This document shows positions 25,756 through 37,800 of a stretch of 64,000 bases of DNA, piece by piece (positions within the stretch are counted from its first letter, which is position 1; each line of letters starts with the position of its first letter). Source of the DNA: Harriotta raleighana (taxonomy: Eukaryota); NCBI GenBank assembly GCA_050575255.1, contig JBNZDD010013732.1, positions 8,338,990 through 8,402,989 on the forward strand, in the 5' to 3' direction. Position numbers and translations under genes: made by a program. Under the pieces are notes generated by a model, which saw only the letters and a program-made list of their open reading frames with translations, was not told the origin of the DNA and did no database searches.

Positions 25756-26834
25756 TTGCAACATTTTCAAAAATTCCACTTGATCCAAATCTGAACCAAA
25801 AGTGGCTTGTTTTATTGTACAGAATATTTATTAAACATAGTTCATCCAGCCTCTTACTGAAGTGAAACTTGTAGTCAATATCAACTTTTGTGAGTCACAA
25901 GAAAGTGATTGTCACTTATAATGTGAGAGACATTTTGCAACCTTTTTAAGTTAGACCTGACTCACTGATGGTCACCTATTTGTTTGCTTTATCAATCATA
26001 TTCTTTATAAACCGGACCTAAGCCTTCTCTGGCAATAAATAATTTAATTTAAAGCCAAACCAAATAGTGATGATTGGAAATGACGAAATGAGAAACCAAC
26101 ATTCCATATTCTCAATCAAATGGGACAGAAAACAGATTCCGTCTCTTGGCAAATTTGATCTGCTCAAGAAAAACACCAAACATTGTCAGCAACTATTTGG
26201 AAAGTGAAGTGTGTGCTTGTTACAGGACACGGCGGGAGAGGTTCACATTCGCAGGGTCAAATCCTTTCATATGAGGGAAAATGCAGGCAGTCAAACTTAC
26301 TGCCGGATCCCTCCATGCCATCTTTAGTTTTCTTTCCCATGCTCATCTTAACCAGCTGTTACATTGTCACAACTTGCCAGTGTTTGAACAGCTTTATGCT
26401 GCTTTGTTGCAGCCAAAGAGATAAAGGGGAGGGAGGAAGGGGATTTTCAGAAAAAAAAATGTTGTGCAATTGGCATTCCAGAAAACCTGTGTCACTGATC
26501 CACGCAGTAATTAACTTGATGAAGAAATGTGGGAAAAATTAGGGCTGGGACAGATGAGGGAAGTCAGAAGACCATAAAGGCACTTAAATTTGTTCTGTTT
26601 TGGCTGCGTGTTATTTTAAGGCAGAAGACAATGCAGCAAAACATTCGGAAACACAAGTCTACAGAATCAACTCATTACAAAATTAAACAAAATTTCCTTA
26701 GTATTGCATTGGGATCTTGTGAGGAAAATTGGTGACATATTAGTGGCTGAAGGCTGTGACACATACTGACAATACTTTGGCATTGCAATCAATGTAAATT
26801 ATTCTAATACAATACAGAGTTACATCTGTATAGA

Positions 26835-27085
26835 ATTTTTCACATCAGGAGGGCATCCCAAGGTGCTGGACAGTCAGGGATTTGGACCATAGGAAGAGGC
26901 TGTAGGGTGATATGGGGGGGGGGGCCGACAGTAGTGTGGCCGAAGGCGCGGTCAAAGAAGATGGTCTTTAGGCGTTTCTTTGAAAGAAGGCAAGAGAGGG
27001 AGCGAGGCGAAGGGTCTGTGGGATGAAGTTCCAGAGGGTGGGGGCAGAGAGGTTGAATGCTCAACCGCTATGATGGTTGCTCAAT
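26835..27085 (-). mobile_element. L2 LINE 3' end
   Basis: Minus strand ccctctggaact...aagaaacgcctaaagaccatcttctttgaccgcgccttcgg (KKRLKTIFFDRAF) followed by 3' UTR. Confidence 0.75.
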
Positions 27086-27174
27086 CCGGGAGGGTTGGAA
27101 TAAACCATCTAATTATACACAAATTGGCTCCCATATTTTGCTTGTCTGTAAAAATGTGCAGACACTACATCTTA

Positions 27175-27530
27175 CAGTAAAACCTTGTTCATCTGTGACC
27201 CAATCAACTGAATTGCTCGACCCCCTCCCGGGGCAATTCCCCATTCCAGAATCATGAGTTTGCTCACTTTGTGCGTGATTCCAAGCATGCGCATGCGCAC
27301 TTAGTAAACTTACGAACTTGGAGTTTTTACCGATCAGTAAAAAAAAAATTCCCAACTGTACTGGAATGCTTTATTGGTAAGTATCCATACAATATTCTGT
27401 TACTATGTAGTCTATTATTAACACAGTATGTATTAAAATAAATTAAATTTTTATGTTGGGTTTTCGGCAACTTGTCCCTGTTTATCCGGCACCGTCAATT
27501 AGTGAGTGCCGGATAAACGGGATTTTACTG
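27175..27530. mobile_element. Tc1/mariner-superfamily (Tigger/pogo-like) MITE, 356 bp, TA target duplication
   Basis: Left TIR CAGTAAAACCTTGTTCATCTG versus right TIR (reverse complement) CAGTAAAATCCCGTTTATCCG, 16/21 identical. TA at 27173-27174 and 27531-27532; subterminal 13-bp hairpin at 27480-27518. Confidence 0.85.
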
Positions 27531-27624
27531 TACATTAAAATCTCTGGAAGCGCTTTGAAATGTTTTGACAACACGATAAAGCACTATATCAAATGCAAGG
27601 AGTATTATTATTATTATTATTACT

Positions 27625-27915
27625 CACACCACCGGGTTTGGCTTCCTCCTTGTCCCCCGAACCCTCCGCTCCACCATCAGCAGGCATGCCTTCAGCTACT
27701 ATGCCCCAAGGCTCTGGAACTCCCTTCCTCAGTCCCTTTGCCTCGCCCTCTATCTTCCTACTTTCAGCTCTTGGCTAAAGACCTTTCTTTTCAACTACGC
27801 TTGAAGTCACCTTCTTCCCCCTCTCCCTGGCTCAGTCCCGGGATTCGTTATTGCGAAGCGCTCTGAGATGCCATCCGGCGTGGAGGGCACTTTATAAATC
27901 AAAGTTGTTGTTGTT
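27625..27915 (+). mobile_element. L2 LINE 3' end with (GTT)n tail
   Basis: gccttcagct...gctctggaactcccttcc...ctaaagacctttcttttc...gggcactttataaatcaaagttgttgttgttg. Confidence 0.8.
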
Positions 27916-28819
27916 GGTGGTGTGTTATTCAAATCATTTGGGAGCACTAGAAATTCAGTTCAAAAATAAAAAATTTAGAATTGATCCTTTAAAAATCAGA
28001 TCAGTATTTTAGAATTTGTATTATAAGCTGCACCTTAATTAATTCAGTGCTTCCTACTGTAATGCTTTTTTTCTGAAAGGGTAACAAAAATATGCATATT
28101 TTCAGATTGCTCTGCAGAAAATAGACAATTGGAAATTCTCTGCTGCTAATGAGGCAGCATATGGAAGTGTGCAACTGTGGTTCTTAGCACCTGACCTGCC
28201 ATGTTGTTAGTAACTGCTTCCTTTCAACATATCTCGCGATTTGTAGCTCACCAGATGGTGAATCAGGTGGAGGTACCTGTAACCTAACAACTAGTGACAC
28301 TGAAAATTCAAGTGCAATGTACATTAGAAATGTTCGTTTCAATATCCACAACTGAAACATTGTAATGGTGAGAACTTTGCAGGAAAAGAGAAATTTAAAT
28401 ATGTTGACCAAAGGTACATTTGAGGAATACATTTTTAAGGAGGATTTGATGTATGATGAGATGCAGCAAGATTTTCAAAGAGATCCAGAGGACAGCAGCT
28501 GAAGACTCAACTACGAATGATAGAAATTCCCGCTCAGCATTGGAAGAATTGGAGCGTCCGGGCAAGGGAATAGGGTTCTATAGGTGGAGTTAGACTATGT
28601 AGGGATTTGGAGTTCAGGACAAGGATCAGGACAGTTAATAGATGTGAAAAGCTTTGTCAGCATCAGTTCTAATACTTCTTGAGAATGGAATTAAGACAAA
28701 TCAGGAGAAGTGAATCAAAAAGGCAATAGGACACAATAAAAGATTTCAACAGGAGTACAAAAGGGTAAAAGCAGGCAGTGTTCTGGAGGTGGAAAGAGAA
28801 GAAACTAAAAGAAAGAAGA

Positions 28820-29830
28820 TGTTGCACATTGTTTCAATAACTTAATTGGCGGGTTGAACATTAACAATGAGAAGTAAGCATAAAAGTAGGTTGGGAAAGT
28901 GACTGGACAGATTGTGGAAGAGAGTGGTAGCGTAAAGTTTAAGTAAAGGGACCAGTGAATCTAAACTGTGTTTTGGATTTACAAACATTACATGGTTTCA
29001 GAAGTGAAAATGGAACCTGGAGTAACTACGAGATTGAATACAGATTGAAAAGCAAAATGCAGAGAGAAACAGAATTAAATGCCTTACCAATCTGTATGCG
29101 GATACCAAAACCACTGAACTTGGTTGGTAATTGAAGGCACAATTGGCAATGGTTTGAACATTGTTGGATTAGCAGCAAATAAAATGAAACTGCCACAGGA
29201 GCTGCATACCGCGATACTTTTCAATGTGGCAGGCGAGGAATCAAGGGAATATTTTGCAACCCTAGAAAGACAAGTGGACATGCGAGTGAATGAGATGATG
29301 ACTTATGAAGGAAAGATGCTGTGGAAAATATTATGTGATAATTGACAGATTTAAGTTTGGAACAAGAAAGCAGGGACCTACAGAATCATTCAATCAGCAC
29401 TGTGTGCTACTGAGATCCCTAAGTAAAAATTACAATTATGGGACATTAAGAGCGGAATTGATATGGGACCAGATCGTAGTTGGCATAAAAAATAATAGAT
29501 TAAGAGGAAAGCTTTTGAAAAAAAGGGGATCTGACATTAGAATTGGCAACAGAGATAAAAAGGATTGAATAGGTGACAAAAAATTAATATGAGAGAAACA
29601 GAAATGGAAATAAATGGACTAGCCAACAGGAAAATTTGGAACGCTACAAATGAAGAGTATGGAGTGCAGAGTATATACAGGCCAAGAGGGAGGCCAAACA
29701 CAATGGATAAATGTGACAAATTAGAACATCTATCAGGAGGTATCTCGCAAAAGGAAACAAATGCTATCAATGCAAAAGATACGGGCATTATGCAATGTGA
29801 TATTTTTCCAGCAGATGAACTAGTATCTTA
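28820..29830 (+). mobile_element. Gypsy LTR retrotransposon remnant: ~173-bp LTR, PBS and decayed gag
   Basis: TG...TTACA at 28820-28992, immediately followed by PBS TGGTTTCAGAAGTG. Frameshifted gag pieces: PKPLNLVGN, AILFNVAGEESREYF, RFKFGTRKQGPTESF...LIWDQIVVGIKNNRLRGKLL, and zinc knuckle AKGNKCYQCKRYGHYA*. Confidence 0.85.
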
Positions 29831-29904
29831 AAACACATCATAGGATTAATATTATTCAACTGCTATAGTTCCTAATATGTGTCCTCCCCTTCTCGGTTAA
29901 AAAA

Positions 29905-30465
29905 ATCATAGAAATATACAGCACAGAAGGAGGCCATTCAGCCCATCGCTCTTTGAAAGAGCTATTTCCATAGTCTTGTCCTCCCCAAATATCTATCCAT
30001 TTCTCTCTTGAAAGTTGTTATTGAATCTGCTTCCACCACAACTTTCAGGCACGATATTCCAGATCTGAATAACTCATTGTGTGAGAAAAATTATCTTCAT
30101 CTCCTCCTGGTTCTTTTGATGTGTTCTGTGGATACTGACCCAACCACCAGAAGAAACAATTTCTCCCCGTTCACTCTTATCAAATCCCCTCATAATTTTG
30201 AACACTTCTATTAAATCTCTGCTTAACCTTATCTGCTCCAAGCAGAACGGTCCTAGTTTCTCTAGTCTCTCCACATAACTCAAGTCCGTCACTTGTGGTA
30301 CCATCCTGGTAAATATCCTTTGCACCCTTCAAGACCTTCACATGCTTCCAAAAGTGTGATGCCCAGAATTGAGTGCAGTCCTCCAGCTGAGGCCTAACTA
30401 GTGTTTTATGAAGGTTCATCATAACCTCTTCACTTTTTTATTCTATAACCCTATTTATAAAGCCC
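29905..30465 (-). mobile_element. CR1 LINE 3' fragment
   Basis: LHKTLVRPQLEDCTQFWASH and QRIFTRMVP...LSYVERLEKLG...LSRDLIEVFKIMRGFD; CR1 3' UTR end at about 29905. Confidence 0.9.
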
Positions 30466-31164
30466 TATTTATAAAGTCCATTCAGTTTCATTTCTCTGCC
30501 GTTGATAGCCCTGTGCAAAGAGTGTATTGTTGACAGCAGCGCAATGTAAAAATATTTTCACAAGTGAAAGAGTGGGAACTGGTGATAACAGTGGCTTGCT
30601 CATGAGTAGAATTTATGCTGGAGCCTGCTGATCTTTGACTGTCACTGTAAGTAACATGAGTGATTCTCAGCATTGTTAGATCCATATTTTTGAGGAGAGA
30701 TCTTATTTAATTACAATAATTATCATTTACATTTAATGGGAAGAGGCAGATTGGAGGATCCGTGCATTAACATTGCAAATTAATGATGATTTCAAAAGCA
30801 ATAGATTAATTGAGGTGAAGATAAAGTGTACAAATTGAGAAGGTCTATGTAACAAAAACTCCTTTAAAATTAATCCTCCAAATAAAACTGGAGCAATTTT
30901 CAGCCTCACCATCAGAAAAGGACATGTCAAAATACATCTGTATTTGTATGTGTATTTGTAGGCAAACATGACAGCACAATTGTACACAAATGTCCCACCA
31001 ATTAAATAAATGGCCAATTTTATTTTGGAGTTTGTTGACCAGAATCTGAGAGAAAAGTTGAATGCTATCTTAACAAAAACTAAAATAAAAATAAAAATGT
31101 CTAAATGGGATTGCCTTTCTTGTGGATTGTCACTATCCCATTGTTGTTTAATTACAGTGCCCAC

Positions 31165-31345
31165 ATGGGAACATAGGACATAGGAACATAGGAATTAGGA
31201 GCAGGAGTAGGCCAATTGGCCCCTCGAGCCCGCCATCCAATTCAATAAAATCATGGTTGATCTTCTAATCTAACAATATCTGCCCACTTTATCCCCATAT
31301 CTCTTAATCCCCTTATCCATTAGAAATCTATCAATCTCAGATCCA
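31165..31345 (-). mobile_element. CR1 LINE extreme 3' end
   Basis: Plus strand acataggacataggaacataggaattaggagcaggagtaggccaattggcccctcgagcc, a CR1-type terminal microrepeat and hairpin. Confidence 0.75.
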
Positions 31346-33479
31346 CAGATCAGAACTATAATTTTTGCATCTAAAAGTTGTACACTTTTACTGCAATTTT
31401 GGCAATTCACTTTGCCAGTGGGATGCCATATTCATCTACGCATACAGTCACTGCAACATGAATCCTGTGAAGCACTTTGAAACATTTTGACAACATGATA
31501 AGGTGCTGTATCAAATCTGAGAATCATTACTATTTGATTTTGTGGTTGATTACAAGATTAAATGGACCACATAATTCCTCATTATTTTGATCCCATAAGG
31601 TTTTGGCAGCAGAATAAATTTGCTATATCTCTGAAAGAGGCACATCTTTTGTTTTGTTTGCGTCCTTGGACATTGCTGTAACTTATTGTTTCTCTGTAGG
31701 TTTTGGTGCATGTTGCATTTATTCCACCTTTTCTGACTGCATCATTTTTCCATTTAACATTGCACTAGTGTTGTTTATGTGAGTTTGTATTTTAGTCAGT
31801 GAATCTTTTGTGAACATCACTGTGCAAGGTATTTTTGTCACTCAGCCATCTAATGTTAAGCCCTGGCATTAATGAAACCAGCTTACGGCTGGTCTTAATG
31901 GTGCCAAAGCTGTGCAGCATAATAAAGCAGGCAGACACATGCTGAGAATGAAGATGATGCGATGTGATGCGTGTGGCAGCTTTGGCAGGGAAAGAAAACC
32001 GAGAACAAGGTCGTATTTGCAATGGATTCCTCAGGCTTCCTGGAGTTCCCTGGCTTTCAGTGAAAGGAATCAAACATAGACCTAGACTAAACAAACATTA
32101 GATTTGATGTATGTACTGACTTGCAGGAGGATTTAGAAACACAGTCAGCACACCTTTGCCTGTAGGTGTGACAGCTGCACACAGTATTTATGATTCCCAG
32201 TACTTGGCTGACATCAGTCAATCTACTGTGTGCAACCATATTAGTTACATTACTGATATCCTGATGCCGTGGGCTCCTCTTCATATGTATACAACCAACC
32301 GAGTCAGAAACAGAGAAAATTGGAGACATGGCCTCAAATGTATTCAAGCACAAAGTGACCACAAATTGGGATGATTTGAAGCTTGTTTGTGTTCATCGCA
32401 TTTTTTTGTTCTGTCGTTTTCAGATTTAGCCAGTCTTTTCCATATGCAGGGGCATGACATCAACCTGAAAACACTTTGCAGTCCCTCACTGGCTCACGTT
32501 TCCTGCTCTTGTGATTGCTGTTATAAAATAATAACAATTCTGGCATTTAGTAAGGGCCTTTCAACTCAGAAGAACATCTCCGAAAATGCTCCTTAGCCAC
32601 AAACACTCGCTCCCCTTCTGCACTGCACCATTGTGAGATCTAAATTCTCACACTAAGAATCCTTTACACTCCCTCTCTGAGTGTTTTTAGAGAAATAAAG
32701 AGTCATCATTAACACTGCAAGTTCTTCACTGTTGGTGCAGACAAAGGTAATACAAATAACATGCTTTGGAAAAAATGAGAATAAAAGTGAGGCAAACGTT
32801 GTGTGGTTTAAGATGATGTGATGAGACACAAGATAGCGCACTATCTTGTTTTTTTCAGCAATTCATGCTGTTCATTTTCAAGTTACTTTTCTAGTTGCTT
32901 TATCCATGCTGCAGTTCATGGTTCAATTAATACCTACTGCTTTTTTGCAACAACTCAGGATTTGGCAATTGCTAATGTTATGTTTGGAGTCCTCTAGAAC
33001 ATTCAGGTTTTATTATGCTTGTGTGGCATAATACTGTGGTTTGTGAAATAATGACACGTGAAATAATGAAATAATAATGACAATAATGTTTTGGGCGCTA
33101 CCTGATCAAATGAAAGCTTATGTCCAGCTTGTCTGGTAGCTTGGTTGGAAAAGTTGCAACAGATTTCAAATATGCGGCGTTGATTAAAGAACTCGATAAG
33201 TATCTGTTTGAATAACTATAGTGAGGTAGGTGAAGATTGAAATGAACAAATGTTTTGGTGCTACTCAGGTGTAGCGAAAGAGAAGGATGTGTCGCTGGAG
33301 CAAAGCAGGTCACGGATAGATAATGGAGATGGATAAATATTGTTTCCTTGAATGCCTTTGAGAACATAGAATTTCCATTCAGAACTTTCTGCCATGCGAT
33401 GGAATGGTGAATCCACTAAAAGTTAGGTTTTGTATTTTCTGGAGAGAGTGGGATTTGAGGAACGTGCTTGTAATAATAA

Positions 33480-33700
33480 TAATCATAATAATCCCTACAA
33501 AATAAATAAATAATTTAGTCGCTCTTATTTCACGACTATTTGTGGGACACTGCTGTGCTCAATTGTTTGCTGCATTTCGCCCATACAATATACATTCAGT
33601 TCACTTTACAGTATGTTTTGTGAAGCGTTTTTGGAAGCATCTCGAAGATGGGATAAGGCACTATCTAAAATACATGGATTCTTATTATTATTAATTGTTA
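33480..33700 (+). mobile_element. SINE 3' half
   Basis: tttgtgggacactgctgtgctcaattg...ttcactttacagtat...gaagcg...ggattcttattatt. Confidence 0.8.
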
Positions 33701-34699
33701 TTATCAAGCATTTTGTACCTCTGCTATAACAACAGGGTTTTGGTTCTCCTGCTGTTTCTTGCATGTTTCAAAGTCACATCTACACAGTTCTCAAATTGAG
33801 AACAGAGTACCAGTATGAGGTATGATTGCAACCTGACTCATGCCACAAACTGTTTCAGTATCTGGGGCACACCTAACTGCATTTATTTTACTACTTAACC
33901 ATAATTCCATGGTTGGTTTATTCTCCTAAATGTGTGTTCATATACAGGTATTAACAGCAATACTGTTTAAGAATTGAAGAACAACAGTTTTGACAACAAT
34001 GTGCATTAATATAGTGCCATTCACACTAGGTAGCGTTTCAGAACCCTCAAGAATGGCAGAGCTTGATGCTGACCCAGAACGAAGGGGGAAGTGATAGTAG
34101 GCACAGAGATAAGGAAAGTTCTTCAGGTGCGATCTGAAGATGGAGAAGGAGGGCCAGGTGGCTGAATTGGGGCTGTTTTGTGGCGTAAAGGTCAGGTAAA
34201 ATGACCTGACATTAAAAATGAGGAGAAAAGCATCATCAAATCTATAAGTGCCAGTATGAAGCTGAAGCTTAATCACTGCCTCAAACTCACTCTGATGCTG
34301 TTCTTTGCAGTCTACTGTTTTTTTCAGTTATTTTGTGTAGTGTGTCAGAGGTGAAAGGGCATTAAAATAGTGATGCAAAAGCTGAAAATACCTGGTCAAC
34401 TAATCCAATCCTCCTTCAGTTTTTATATCTTTGATGGTGAACATAATCCACTGTATCTTACCATTTTATAAAATGGATCTCGACTCTGAAGTATTCTCCT
34501 GAACATCCCAGTTTGATTCGAGTCTCCTTTCTTGTCAGGTTACTTGGTGCATTTTAACACCAAGGGGCTCCTGTCTGCCATTACAATGCACCAGAAAAGA
34601 TCATAGAATGGTAAGAAATCTCATTTGTACATAATCACAATGGGCGTCCCACTCCTGAGTGTACCTCAACATGTTTGGGATAGGGTCTGTTGACAAACT

Positions 34700-34875
34700 G
34701 TTTAAGGATTGCTCTTTTGATTTGGTCACTCAACCCACGACTGCTGTTGACTGCTGCGCTTCACCCACAAATATGGGTGAAGTCAATTCACTTTACAGAC
34801 ATTCCATGAAGCGCTTTAGACGTCTAGAAGACATGAAAAGCGCTATATCAAAAGCAAGGAATATTATTATTATAT
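34700..34875 (+). mobile_element. SINE 3' half
   Basis: agtcaattcactttacag...gaagcgctttagacgtctagaagacatgaaaagcgctatatcaaaagcaaggaatattattatt. Confidence 0.8.
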
Positions 34876-37800
34876 TGCTTTACAGACAAAATGTCCTGGC
34901 ATCTCATGGCCTGAAGATGATTTTTAAAACATAACTGAGTTACTCTTAAGTTTTTAAAAATCAATTAAAACTTATGTCATTATTTTAGTGATTCTGCCCT
35001 AGGATTGCTGTGATTAAAATCTGACGTGGGCTCTGGCAGTTTCACTACTAAATCTGGTCTGCCATGATATTGAATGCAGTCCCAGTTAATCCGACCTGCA
35101 GGTCTGTGGAGCTGCCTCCTGGCTTCGTGACTGAGATAAAGTAGCATTGCCTGTTCAATGCTGGTGGAATTTGTAATTTGATCTGTTGGGCTGTTCATGT
35201 GAGATCTTCATCTCCCACAAAAAAATTCAAATACAGTATCTGAGAAACCCAGTCTGTTAGACACAGAACTATTTTGGGGTAGGGCGGGGGAGAGGTGAGT
35301 GAAATATTTGAATTTTTTTCTTTAAATCTCTTCAAGTATTTATGGGCACCTCAATTCAAATGAACCTTGGTTTTAACTCTTCAAGGCTTTAAATCATTGC
35401 TCTCTCTTTCAAAAGATACAGCTCCTGTTGAAGTGGAGCTGCACAGAGCCTTGATTTTCCTTGTATACTGAGGCTGGCTGGCTTTTCTTATTTGTGATTA
35501 CAAAATGTGAAGGTTGACAGGTAATCTGACCTCGAGAGGTATCACAGCCAAAACTACTCCTGCCCTCAACTTACATCTACATATATATACTTTCTTGCAG
35601 AGATCATTTGATGGCAACTAGGAGCAAGAACTGTTGCTGAAAGTTCCACCTTTGTTCTCACAAAATTGAGGTCAAAATTCTGCTTCATGGATGTGTTTTG
35701 CTCATTACTGGAAAACCTCCTCCTTTTGTGAGGACTAACATCCTATTCGCTTTATTCAACCTAAGCGAAATACCTCTGAACCTAGCATGAAATATTCCAT
35801 TATAAACCCACACTGGCATCCAATCTACACTGTTCTCCCATTCCAGTGAACTTTTACTTCACATGATAACAAAACCATAGTTTTGAAAAGAAGATGGTGA
35901 TACTGAACTAGAGATGGATAACAGCAACTTACAGTGAACAGTAAAAAGAGCTAAGATACTCCAAATATAAGTGGTAAAGTAGAAAGCTATTCATATCAGG
36001 TACTCCTGTTTTTTTTAAAATAATCTATATGTCACAACCAAGCAAACTCCAATTTTTCTCAACATAACATGGAATTAAGCAGATTCATCTTCCCTTGTCT
36101 TTCTGCCCTAAGTTATTGCTCATCTTTGAGCACTTGTTTGGGCAAGAAGATACTTTAGATACTTGTGCTATTGGCCTCGGGGCAGACTCAAAAGCAGATG
36201 TGGAGGGTTAGAGTCATTTAGGAGAATGAACATAGAATGGGGCAGGGGGGTGGGTGGGTGGGTGCATTCGCCAGTCCTGTCACTTTAAGAGGGTTTTTTT
36301 TCTCTCTCTGTCTGGGTTTTAGTTTAGGAGCAGACGGGTCGTCCCCGTGATGAATTAGACCAGAAACATTAGCTTGCAGAATATATGCCAATGAGCTAAT
36401 GATTCTGACACTTCCACAATACCAGCCTTACAGCAAAGTACCCACACAGCAAAGCCTGTTTTTGTATCTCATTTTTTTTTAATGGTGAAATGTTTGTCAG
36501 AAAGAAACGGATTTATTTTCTGTCAATCCAGGGTATAATATCAGGGGTTATCCGGTTCCGGTCCTCTGGGCTTCAGACAACTAACAAAACACGCCTTACT
36601 TCTGCTCTGATAGTTCCCTGTTATGCCTTTCAGATTCAGGAAAAGTAGTGAAAGCATAAACCATTTGAATGCAGCAGCGCAGTCTGTCATTCATTGCTGA
36701 AGCACCACACAATATGCCTTCATTTTCAAAAATTTATGTTTCCTGCAAAAATGAGAATAACAATTTTCTTTTTCTAAAAAAAAAAGTTACAAAGAGGTAC
36801 GTGGTTATTTGCAAGTATAAATAAAAATATCAAATAGAAAAATATTCTCTTTGAAAATATATACTTAGTTGGGTTTCTAAATGAAGGGATCATGCACTGC
36901 TCAAGAGTGATGAGGAACTTTTACATGCTAGGGAGACTGCTGCCTTTGGGATGAGTTTCTGTCAATCAGTTAGCACACGGCTGCAGTATCTGTTGGTTGG
37001 TCTATATGTAAGAATGCATTTCAAAATGACCAAACAAAAACAGCCCTGAATGTACAATCATGAGACTGAATCATTGCCAAAGACTCTAAAGGAATGGAAG
37101 CTTCCATTACACAGACTACAAAGTTGGTGATCAGTGAAGTCAGTTTCTAAGTTTGTCCAGAAGCGATGGCTGTAGCTGGGGTTTCATTGACAGTCAAGCC
37201 TATTGTGAAGCTATAAAGATGTCAGAACCATTGCCCTCTTCTCCCCACCACCACCCCCTCATCGTTGCATCATTTCAATCAATAGAAATAATCAGCTGAC
37301 TTGAAGCAGAATGCATGGGTCATAAAAAATCTTGTTTTTATTTTTGTTAAGGAATATTCTTTGCTTTTCTTTTCCTCTTCTTTTTCCAGACGCCCCCTGG
37401 ATCACACGTAGATCCACAGAGTGAGAGGGTAGACTGGCGAGCAACCTGCTTCTAGGACTCTGCCAATGCTGCCCTGTACCAGGCCGGTAACCTGCCCTAA
37501 CATTGTCCACCTTCACAAAGGAAAGAGTCTGACCTCCACTGAGAGCCCCTTACCTCCCTCCCACAACCCCGCCCTCCCCCCCACCACAACAACATTATAA
37601 TCAAGTCAGACATTCCACGGTGTGGGAAATTTTATCCCATAACTCAACCACACTGCCCTTGGTGCTATCATGAATATTAAACAACTTTAGATAGCTCCCA
37701 CTGTTTTCTCTACCATGGTTCCTCTGATACTTGTGTGAAATTTGGAACCTGATATTAATTTTACTAATTTCCCTTCCACTTCTCCCTGCTAAATATTGAA

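Noticed and set aside
30733-31164. 143-aa minus-strand ORF
   Set aside because: F/I/L-rich product of AT-rich DNA overlapping a SINE tail remnant; no recognisable homology.
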